A DNA stretch of 32,000 bases from Pyrodictium abyssi (GTDB lineage Archaea; Thermoproteota; Thermoprotei_A; Sulfolobales; Pyrodictiaceae). Below, piece by piece: positions 9,379 to 16,952 of this stretch. Below the pieces are notes generated by a model. That model saw only the letters and a list, made by a program, of their open reading frames with translations. It had not been told where the DNA came from and did no database searches. The DNA is taken from NCBI RefSeq assembly GCF_036323395.1, contig NZ_AP028907.1, forward strand, positions 330,001-362,000, read 5' to 3'. Position 1 is the stretch's first letter. Each line of letters opens with the position of its first letter. Both the position numbers and the translations under genes were made by a program.

Positions 9379-10761
9379 GTGCACCCAGGTATGAGGATGC
9401 TCATTCTCCGTACTCTAATAGTGGCAGCTCTCCTAGTAGCAGCTACCCAGCCGCTAGTAGCGCACGCGGCGCGCCTCGAGCTGCCAACCATACTAGTCGA
9501 CCTAGCGCATGGCCAGCAGTACAACGGCGTCTGTGCAATGATGAGTGTCGTGCCGGACGCCTACTGGATAATCCTGGTCAAGGATGAGGAGCAGGCGCAG
9601 CAGCTCCCCGAGTGCATCAAGAACAAGGCCTATGAGATAGTAGTCGGCGATCTGACAGTCCTGGGCAGCGGGCCAACCATAGACATGGTGATAATAGGCC
9701 AGCCTATAGAGCCCCTCAGCGACGCCGAGAAGGAGGCAATAGCTGGCTGGTTCGGCGGCAAGGGCCACCGTGCACTATGGTGTGCCGCCGACAGTGATTA
9801 CCCAGCACAAGGCGGCAACCTAGAGCTATCCCAGCACATATGTAACGACCTACTCGACTACCTAGCCCAGAAGGGCTTCGACGTAAAGCTGCGCAGCGAC
9901 TACGTGAGCATAGAGGACACCAAGAGCAACGCTGGCCGCTCCTACCGTGTAATAGCACTAGTAGAGCCAGCACCACGCTATGACGCAGAGCTACTAGCCC
10001 TAGGCGCAGAGAAGGTGCTGATGCATGGCCCCGGCGCAGTAGCCTGGGTAGACAAGAACGGCGACTGGCACAAGGTCACAGACCCCGGCACACCCGACAC
10101 CATAATACCGATACTCGTCACGACCGAGAACGGTAAGGTAGTAGAGCATCAGCCGAAGAACCCAGGCGAGCCGGGCGAGTTCGGATACGCTCACCAGGTA
10201 GGCGAGACCGGCAAGTTCGTGCTAATGGCGGCCGAGATAGTAAAGACCAACAATGGAGACAAGATAGTCATAGTCAGCGGCGAGTCCCCGTACTTCGGCT
10301 ACCAGTCCATGGTCACGTACTCCTACAAGGGCATACCACTTGACGGCCCAAGGTTCTTCCGCAACCTCATACTATGGGCCACAAAGAGCTACAACGAGCT
10401 AAAGATATTCAAGAGCCAGCTAGCAGCCATAGAGGAGGCTAAGACAGCGGCACAGCAGGCAGCAAAGCAGGCAGAGGAGGCAAAGCAGGCCGCAGCACAG
10501 GCTACAACCGAGGCCAAGAGCTACGTGGACCAGAAACTAGGCGAGATACAGAAGGCTGTCAACGAGGTACTCCAGCGGAACATAAACAAGATAATGGAGC
10601 AGGTAAAGGCCTATGTAGACCAGAAGGTTGGCAGCACAGCTGGTGCGGTCGACGAGGCCAAGGCCGCGGCGTCCAGTGCTAAGACCATAGCGGCCGGAGG
10701 CCTAGTACTAGGCATAATAGCGCTACTAGCAGCTGGCCTCGCACTACGCAAGAACGGGTAA
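9379..10761 (+). CDS. secreted/membrane-anchored protein with globular domain, Ala/Gln-rich coiled coil and C-terminal TM segment
   Basis: N-terminal signal LILRTLIVAALLVAATQPLVAHA; heptad-like TAAQQAAKQAEEAKQAAAQATTEAKSYVDQKLGEIQKAVNEVLQ; terminal AAGGLVLGIIALLAAGLALRKNG. Start may be an internal ATG at 9391. Confidence 0.85.
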   Translation: MHPGMRMLILRTLIVAALLVAATQPLVAHAARLELPTILVDLAHGQQYNGVCAMMSVVPDAYWIILVKDEEQAQQLPECIKNKAYEIVVGDLTVLGSGPTIDMVIIGQPIEPLSDAEKEAIAGWFGGKGHRALWCAADSDYPAQGGNLELSQHICNDLLDYLAQKGFDVKLRSDYVSIEDTKSNAGRSYRVIALVEPAPRYDAELLALGAEKVLMHGPGAVAWVDKNGDWHKVTDPGTPDTIIPILVTTENGKVVEHQPKNPGEPGEFGYAHQVGETGKFVLMAAEIVKTNNGDKIVIVSGESPYFGYQSMVTYSYKGIPLDGPRFFRNLILWATKSYNELKIFKSQLAAIEEAKTAAQQAAKQAEEAKQAAAQATTEAKSYVDQKLGEIQKAVNEVLQRNINKIMEQVKAYVDQKVGSTAGAVDEAKAAASSAKTIAAGGLVLGIIALLAAGLALRKNG

Positions 10762-10953
10762 ACCCTAAACACACGGAGGCGTAGAGTCCCATAAACCACG
10801 CTCCCGGGTTTTTAGAGTCCAAGAACCCCCTCAGCACTACATGCAGGTGTTTATGCTCTATAGGGCTTCTATAGGGCTAGGGGCGTTGCAGCATACAAGG
10901 CGATAGGCTGGGCTCCTCGTAGGCAGCGCTACTTCTGCCGTGCAGGAGCGTCG

Positions 10954-13116
10954 GTGGAGCTTTTTATGAAGGTGCCTCTACACCGGCATATACCACGGTG
11001 TAGGAGTGTGCGTGGCACCGCCAAGAAGATGATAGCAGTCCTCCTCATAGTCTACATGCTCACGTTGCCGTACATGGCGCCGCTAGCCAGCGCTGAGCAG
11101 GAGGAAACAATACTAGAGGTGCAACTCCCACATCTAGACGTAAGGGCCGAATACAAGCCCGGCCTCGTAGTAGCGCCGAAAATCAGTAGGCCAGCTTTCA
11201 TCGAGCCGGGAGGATCGTTCCAGCTAGTCTTCTCAAAGCCTCTACAGGTAGAGAAAATAGTCATAGACAACGGCTATGGAGCTGCGTACGAGTGTGAATT
11301 CGGCCAGACGGGTGACACAGTATTCACGGTTAAGATACCGGAGAACGCAGAGCCAGGCCTCTACGATATGATAATCTACACGGGAGAGGGTGTCTACGGC
11401 GAGCCCCACGCAGTATACGTGGGTACTAAGGACATGTTTAGTAAGCTCAACATAATACACGTAACCGATAGGCACTTTGGCGTCATAAACTCCAACGGTA
11501 GGAAGGCCTCCAACTACGGCCTAGCAGTCAACCTAGTGGCCCTAGGCCTGCCGAACAACACAATAATAGTCGATAGCGGCGACCTAGCCGACACAGCAAA
11601 GGACGGCGAATACAGGGAAAGCCTCTTCGTAGACACACTGCTAGACAAGCCGCTGGTGGGCGTCCCTGGCAACCACGACCATGTAGGCGGCTCAGAGAAC
11701 TTCAAAGCCTACCGTGGACCGTTCAACCACACACTCGACATATTCGGCCTCTACCGCATAGTAGGCATAGACAGTGGCGGCGACGGCTTCATCACAAAGA
11801 GCCAGGCCATATGGGCTAGAATAGTGCTAACAACAACAGAGGAGCCCATAAAGATAGTAATATTCCACCACCCGCACTTCACCCACATGTTCGGTGACAT
11901 ACCATACCAGTTCAACGTGACCACCAGCGAGGAACTATTCAAGCTTCTAACCAGCAAGAAGCCTAACAGCAAGTACACGTACATATACGGTAGCTGGCTG
12001 ACAGACAAGGAGGCACTAAAAATACTAGTAGACGGCATGTTCTCAGCCAGGGGCAACGCAGTCCTAGTATTCTCCGGCCACGTGCACCTAGACTCCTACG
12101 CGGTAGTGACAAGGCCCGACGGCAGCCAGATACACTACATAGTAACAGTCACCACGGCTGGGAGCGTAAGGCCAGGCGACTACCACGGATTTAGGCTCGT
12201 CACAGTAGAGCCTACAGGCAAGGTAGAGATACACGGCGACGGCGACTACTGGACCCGCCACGCCAGCTTCAACGCGGACGAGATATACACGAGCTACGTG
12301 GAGACAGCAAACGCGGTAACAGCCACACTAAGGATAGAGAACACCAAGATAATAGACTACATGGAAAAGACCGTGGTTGCACTACACGTGCCAGACGAAT
12401 GGCTAGGTAAAACGGCAAAGCTGTACCTCAAGGGCCTCGACTCCTATAAGCTACGCTGCACACCACTAGGCTGCATACTCTACGCCTATAGCAGCGGAAA
12501 GCCGCAGAGAGGCTTCGAGTACCAGGCAACACTCTTCACCAAGCCGGACAACGAGCCGCCAACACTAGAGCTAGCTAAAATGACGCCAACTACGCCGCGC
12601 CAGGGCCGCCAAGTAGTACTAAACTTCAAGGTAGGCGACGACTCCTGGGGCATCAAGGAGCTATACGCCAAGATAGAATACGACGGCAAGGAGATAACCA
12701 CTAAGCCCATGCTAGCCGGCGACACGGCTCGCATAGTGATACCTCCGCTAAAGGCCAGCAAGGTCAAAGTAACCGTTGTAGCAGTAGACGCATCCGGGAA
12801 AGAGACCATGTTCACGCGCACAATAGAGTACAAGACAGTACAGACGACGACAACTACACCAGCAGCAACAACGACGACCCAGCAGACACAGCAGCCCACA
12901 ACCACGACAACAACTACAACAGCCACAAAAACGACCACAGCTGTGAAGGCAGCTAAGCCCGAGATAAGCCTAACACTAACGCTGCCAAAGCTAGCAGAGG
13001 AAACGCCAACAACACCCGCAAAGACGGCGAAGGCCGGCGACAATACGGCTCTCATAATCGCGGCTCTAGTAGTAGCAGCGCTCGCCGCGTTCGCGCTGAT
13101 AATAACCCGCCGCTAG
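10954..13116 (+). CDS. cell-surface calcineurin-like metallophosphoesterase with Thr-rich linker and C-terminal TM anchor
   Basis: NIIHVTDRHFG, IIVDSGDLAD, PLVGVPGNHDH, IVIFHHPHF and LVFSGHVHLD match metallophosphoesterase metal-binding motifs; then TTTTTPAATTTTQQTQQPTTTTTTTTAT; C-term IIAALVVAALAAFALIITRR. True start may be GTG at about 11008, since a TATA-like CTTTTTATG lies at about 10958-10966. Confidence 0.9.
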   Translation: MELFMKVPLHRHIPRCRSVRGTAKKMIAVLLIVYMLTLPYMAPLASAEQEETILEVQLPHLDVRAEYKPGLVVAPKISRPAFIEPGGSFQLVFSKPLQVEKIVIDNGYGAAYECEFGQTGDTVFTVKIPENAEPGLYDMIIYTGEGVYGEPHAVYVGTKDMFSKLNIIHVTDRHFGVINSNGRKASNYGLAVNLVALGLPNNTIIVDSGDLADTAKDGEYRESLFVDTLLDKPLVGVPGNHDHVGGSENFKAYRGPFNHTLDIFGLYRIVGIDSGGDGFITKSQAIWARIVLTTTEEPIKIVIFHHPHFTHMFGDIPYQFNVTTSEELFKLLTSKKPNSKYTYIYGSWLTDKEALKILVDGMFSARGNAVLVFSGHVHLDSYAVVTRPDGSQIHYIVTVTTAGSVRPGDYHGFRLVTVEPTGKVEIHGDGDYWTRHASFNADEIYTSYVETANAVTATLRIENTKIIDYMEKTVVALHVPDEWLGKTAKLYLKGLDSYKLRCTPLGCILYAYSSGKPQRGFEYQATLFTKPDNEPPTLELAKMTPTTPRQGRQVVLNFKVGDDSWGIKELYAKIEYDGKEITTKPMLAGDTARIVIPPLKASKVKVTVVAVDASGKETMFTRTIEYKTVQTTTTTPAATTTTQQTQQPTTTTTTTTATKTTTAVKAAKPEISLTLTLPKLAEETPTTPAKTAKAGDNTALIIAALVVAALAAFALIITRR

Positions 13117-13571
13117 CACAGCCTAAACACGTATGGTGGCCCGCTCCTTAGGTATTTTTCAAACAGGTACTCCTTACTCGTATGTAGCTCTACCAGGTTA
13201 GGTACGCCCAATACCCTATAGGGATTGTCAGCGAGAATATCCTCCAGCATGGCTGCTACTAGGCTCTCTACCGTCTCCTCGACAGAGTCGGTATTGACGT
13301 GCAGTGGGCAGTCGATGACGAGGTCTATATCCTTGCCGCCGAGGCCGCTGCTCGGCTCGCCGCCGTGAACATCAATTATATAGACTTCGCAGCCTACGGT
13401 TCTGCACAGGCAGGAGGCTATGGCGCGGGCTATTAGCCGCTTAGATTTCTGCCACTCCATGGTGTCCCAGAGTGGGGGCGTGCCACGGCTCTTCTGCATC
13501 GTGTTCTTAACTGCGATACGTACGCGCTCGAGCTCATGGGCTATGCACTCGTATAAGCATGGTAGGCTCAT
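13113..13571 (-). CDS. small nucleotidyltransferase-fold-like protein (putative)
   Basis: GGKDIDLVIDCPLHVNTDSVEETVESLV...VELHTSKE; GxDxD-type motif as in Pol-beta-like NTases; paralogous to the next gene. Confidence 0.6.
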   Translation of the reverse strand: MSLPCLYECIAHELERVRIAVKNTMQKSRGTPPLWDTMEWQKSKRLIARAIASCLCRTVGCEVYIIDVHGGEPSSGLGGKDIDLVIDCPLHVNTDSVEETVESLVAAMLEDILADNPYRVLGVPNLVELHTSKEYLFEKYLRSGPPYVFRLC

Positions 13572-13635
13572 AGTGTTGGAGTCCCGGATAACGTAGGTAG
13601 GGCTCCGGGGCCTGATATGCTGGTTTGGGTGCAGC

Positions 13636-14136
13636 TTACCTCTCTAGCTTGGAGTCGTCGAAGAGTTGTATAACGTGGCCTGGCACTGCTCTGGAGCCGT
13701 ATATGCCGCGGCGAGTGGTATGTACTTCGAAAAGGCTTGGGCTTGTAGTGTAGGCGTGGAAGTTGATGCCTGCCATTCTCGCTAGCCTCGTGAGTAGGGA
13801 TTCTATAGTCTCCTCGACCTCCACTGGGTCAATGCCTTTCACGTCGTCTCGGAGGACCACGAGTAGATCCACGTCCCTCCCTACGTGCGAGTCTGATAGT
13901 TCAACGTAGTATACTGCTTTTACAGCTTTGGGTAGTAGTCTTGCCATGCACTCTGCAGCTACGCTGGCTACTCTCCGTTTGAATATAGCCCACTCGACGA
14001 GGAATGCGTCCTCGGGTAAACCTAGGCCAGGCAGGATAGGCCTAAGCCTGCTAAACAGCGATAAGCACTCCTGGACCTCGGGGTCCAGCGGCAAAGGCTC
14101 CATGCTGGTCCCACCTGTACCTCTCCGTTTAACCAC
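13636..14136 (-). CDS. small nucleotidyltransferase-fold-like protein (putative), paralogue of the neighbour
   Basis: VGRDVDLLVVLRDDVKGIDPVEVEETIESLLTRLAR...LFEVHTTRR aligns by eye with GKDIDLVID...VEETVESLV...VELHTSKE of 13113..13571. Confidence 0.6.
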   Translation of the reverse strand: MVKRRGTGGTSMEPLPLDPEVQECLSLFSRLRPILPGLGLPEDAFLVEWAIFKRRVASVAAECMARLLPKAVKAVYYVELSDSHVGRDVDLLVVLRDDVKGIDPVEVEETIESLLTRLARMAGINFHAYTTSPSLFEVHTTRRGIYGSRAVPGHVIQLFDDSKLER

Positions 14137-14272
14137 TGGTCGGCCCCTAATATAGGAGGTACTCGGTGCTCACAGCCCGTGGACAAAGTAGACGAGTGGG
14201 CGGTTAGGACCCCGCGGGGCGGAGAAGCCTATGGGGCTCGGGAAGAGAACAGTATACGGGTGCTGATGAGGT

Positions 14273-15172
14273 ATGGTGCTGCTGGCGCTGACGTACAAGA
14301 AGCTCGTGGATAGAGATTTCCGTGTACTAGCTGTGATAGAGAGGGAAATGCCTAGATACGAGTACGTGCCTATCGAGGTCATTGAGCGTCGGCTAAGGAT
14401 GCCTTCCTCCCATGTGGCTATGAGCCTGCAGAAGCTTAACCAGCTAAAGCTCGTACGACGGCGGCTCGGCGACTACACCGGTTACAGGCTAACATACATG
14501 GGGCTAGACGTACTAGCGCTGCACTCTCTGGTAGAGCGGGGAATACTCCACGCGCTCGGCGACAAGCTAGGCGTTGGCAAGGAGAGCGATGTATACTCCG
14601 GCCTAACCCCGGGAGGAGAGAGAGTAATAGTAAAGTTCCACCGTGTGGGGAGGACTAGCTTCCAGAAAATAGTCCGTGTCAGGCACTATGCGGCAGAGAG
14701 GCCCTACTCCTCGTGGCTGCAGCTGGCTAAGCTAGCGGGGCAGCGCGAGTTCCGAGCCCTTGAAGAACTATACCGTGTAGGTGCATTGGTCCCTAAGCCC
14801 CTTGGCTATAGCCGTCACGCGGTTGTAACCGAATACATAGAGGGCGTCGAGCTATACGTGTATAAAGACGCCATGGAGCCGGAGTCGATGCTAAGGGACA
14901 TTATGGAGACGCTGAGGAAAGCCTACGTAGAGGTAGGCATAGTCCATGGTGACCTAAGCGAGTACAACATACTAGTGGTCATAGAGGATGATAAGGAGCG
15001 ACCATACATAATAGACTGGCCCCAGTACGTCGAGAAAGAGCACCCCTCTGCCGAACAGCTCCTGCGCAGAGATGTGGAGTATGTGGCCCGGTTCTTCCGG
15101 AAGAGGTACCGCGTAGACGTGGATACGGAGAAGCTGATTAGATACGTTAAGGGTGAGGTTGAGTCTATCTAA
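14273..15172 (+). CDS. rio2: Rio2-type atypical serine/threonine protein kinase
   Basis: N-terminal winged helix (MLRM-like PSSHVAMSLQKLNQLKLVRRR), then LGVGKESDVYSG, IVKFHRVGRTSFQ, VHGDLSEYNILV and IDWPQYV. Confidence 0.92.
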   Translation: MVLLALTYKKLVDRDFRVLAVIEREMPRYEYVPIEVIERRLRMPSSHVAMSLQKLNQLKLVRRRLGDYTGYRLTYMGLDVLALHSLVERGILHALGDKLGVGKESDVYSGLTPGGERVIVKFHRVGRTSFQKIVRVRHYAAERPYSSWLQLAKLAGQREFRALEELYRVGALVPKPLGYSRHAVVTEYIEGVELYVYKDAMEPESMLRDIMETLRKAYVEVGIVHGDLSEYNILVVIEDDKERPYIIDWPQYVEKEHPSAEQLLRRDVEYVARFFRKRYRVDVDTEKLIRYVKGEVESI

Positions 15173-15327
15173 AATTATTTCATTTACGTAACATAGTAGA
15201 TACGTAGGCTTTATATTCGCTGAAGCAACTACTGTGTAACCCGAAAATATACGTATCTATGGGCTTATCGTTGAAGCGAAGAGCTAAAAAGTGCAGGAAA
15301 GCTAGGTTACGAGCATGGGTGACGTGA

Positions 15328-15690
15328 ATGGCTTCAGCTAAGCAGAGCGAAGTAAAACGTTCCACTGAAGTAACTCGTGAAGGCATTATAGAGAAGGATG
15401 GAGTTCTCATTGTTTCGGGAGAGGAGTACATCTATAGAGTCTGTAGTGCACTAGCTAGTCCTACACGCATAAAGATACTGATAGACCTGTTGAAGAGAGA
15501 GGCCGATATAGGAGAAATAGCAGAGATGATAAACCAGAGTAAAGCCAACGCATCGACTCAGGTAAGAAGACTTGAGGAGATAGGGCTGGTGCGCTCCGAG
15601 TACAAGCCCGGGGTCCGTGGAGTCAGGAAGGTAGTGAAAACCACTGTGCGCGAGATAAGGATAATACTCGAACCAAACTCCGAGAGCTGA
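15328..15690 (+). CDS. ArsR-family winged-helix transcriptional regulator
   Basis: ALASPTRIKILIDLLKREADIGEIAEMINQSKANASTQVRRLEEIGLVRSE is an ArsR-like wHTH. Confidence 0.85.
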   Translation: MASAKQSEVKRSTEVTREGIIEKDGVLIVSGEEYIYRVCSALASPTRIKILIDLLKREADIGEIAEMINQSKANASTQVRRLEEIGLVRSEYKPGVRGVRKVVKTTVREIRIILEPNSES

Positions 15691-15821
15691 AGACGGAACT
15701 TGAGCGACTGTAGCAGTAGTTTAGAGATCACGGCTACTACATGGCCTTATGGCTAGTACGTGGTACCTGCCAAGCATATCAAACATAGGATGAGGGGCTT
15801 GTGGGCGGCCCACCCCTGTCC

Positions 15822-16415
15822 CTACTGGTTGTCCTTCTCTATTACACTACAGCTCTCGAGTCTAGCTCTCTCTAGTACTTCGAGGAACTGCTTGAGATCC
15901 TTATCGCTGTAGGCTATGAATATCACTGTCTTCGGGGCTTCTGTGGTTTTCCAGTGCTCGTCTAGCGCGCTGAGCATTGCTGCTAGGCTGTCTCTAGCTT
16001 CGAGACCTCCGACTCCAGCTCCCATAGCCGGGAAGGCTATACAATCTACCTCCTTCTCTGCGCCGACTTTTAGGGCTGCCCGGGTAGCTTTCTCTACCTT
16101 CCCCGTTGTAGTTCTCATTGCTGGCCTCTCCATTGTAGGTGCATGTATTATCATCTTTATACGCGGCTCTAGTCTACCAGCTCCCGTAACTATGGCCTTG
16201 CCAACGGGCACCGGGGCATGTTTCCTTGCCTCCTCTTCTACCTCTTTGCCGGCTGCTCTGCGTAGTGCACCAGCCACGCCGCCGCCCATATACATTAGAC
16301 TGTTGGCAGGGTTAACCACAGCATCGCATTCAACTGTTGTTATATCGCCCTTTGCTACTAGTATCCTGCGGTTGTTACACGTTATCTCTCTAACTACTTC
16401 TATGCCGGTTGTCAA
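15822..16415 (-). CDS. macrodomain (ADP-ribose-binding / Appr-1'-p processing) protein
   Basis: GDITTVECDAVVNPANSLMYMGGGVAGALRRAAG, VPVGKAIVTGAG, IAFPAMGAGVGG. Confidence 0.92.
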   Translation of the reverse strand: MTTGIEVVREITCNNRRILVAKGDITTVECDAVVNPANSLMYMGGGVAGALRRAAGKEVEEEARKHAPVPVGKAIVTGAGRLEPRIKMIIHAPTMERPAMRTTTGKVEKATRAALKVGAEKEVDCIAFPAMGAGVGGLEARDSLAAMLSALDEHWKTTEAPKTVIFIAYSDKDLKQFLEVLERARLESCSVIEKDNQ

Positions 16416-16523
16416 GGCCTATACCCCGTACTCTAAGAATAGCTGCATAAACAGAGGCTATAACCCTGTGTACACAGTACATCATGAGACTATACGCTGC
16501 ATCGTTGTATGCTAGTGTGAAGC

Positions 16524-16530
16524 TTTATAA
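16524..16530 (+). promoter_or_regulatory. candidate TATA box for tRNA-Val transcript
   Basis: TTTATAA in GAAGCTTTATAACGC, 62-68 nt upstream of the mature tRNA 5' end. Confidence 0.4.
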
Positions 16531-16591
16531 CGCCCCCACTACTCATTGCCTCTCCCAAACGGGCTGTAGCGGAAGCCCCAGCAGGAGGGCT

Positions 16592-16666
16592 GGGCCCGTC
16601 GTCTAGCCTGGTTAGGACGCCGCCCTGACACGGCGGAGGTCCGGGGTTCAAATCCCCGCGGGCCCA
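16592..16666 (+). tRNA. tRNA-Val(GAC), with encoded CCA at 16667-16669
   Basis: Cloverleaf folded by hand: acceptor GGGCCCG/CGGGCCC, anticodon stem CCGCC/GGCGG with loop CTGACAC (GAC), T arm CGGGG-TTCAAAT-CCCCG, discriminator A then CCA. Confidence 0.96.
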
Positions 16667-16952
16667 CCACCCCAAGTTCTCTCCCTCCAAGCTCAGCACG
16701 GACTGACCCCTAACAGCATCTCTAGCTTGTTAGTACGATAGAATAGTGTTGTAGTGAAGCATCCACAGCGTCCTGGCAAGTGGCTATTCGTAGAGCGGCT
16801 CGTGCATAGCGTGGTGTGGGTACTCTTACCTGTGTCGAAGCATTCCAGGTGCATTGTCGATTAGAAAAGGAGTACTCTATCGGGCTAGCCTCCGGCCAAG
16901 CGTGCATGGAGTAGTATAGGAGGGGTAGGGGAGTTTAGCCTAGCCGCTGTAG

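Noticed and set aside
12840-13000. ACAAC/ACGAC tandem-like DNA repeat as satellite or CRISPR
   Set aside because: It encodes the Thr-rich linker of the metallophosphoesterase; repeats are codon-level low complexity, with no spacer architecture.
14255-14310. CTGATGA...CTGA box C/D-like motif
   Set aside because: Overlaps the Rio2 start region; better explained by coding sequence.
16722-16907. Minus-strand 61-aa ORF between tRNA-Val and the subtilisin gene
   Set aside because: Short, no motif, atypical composition; no support beyond being open.
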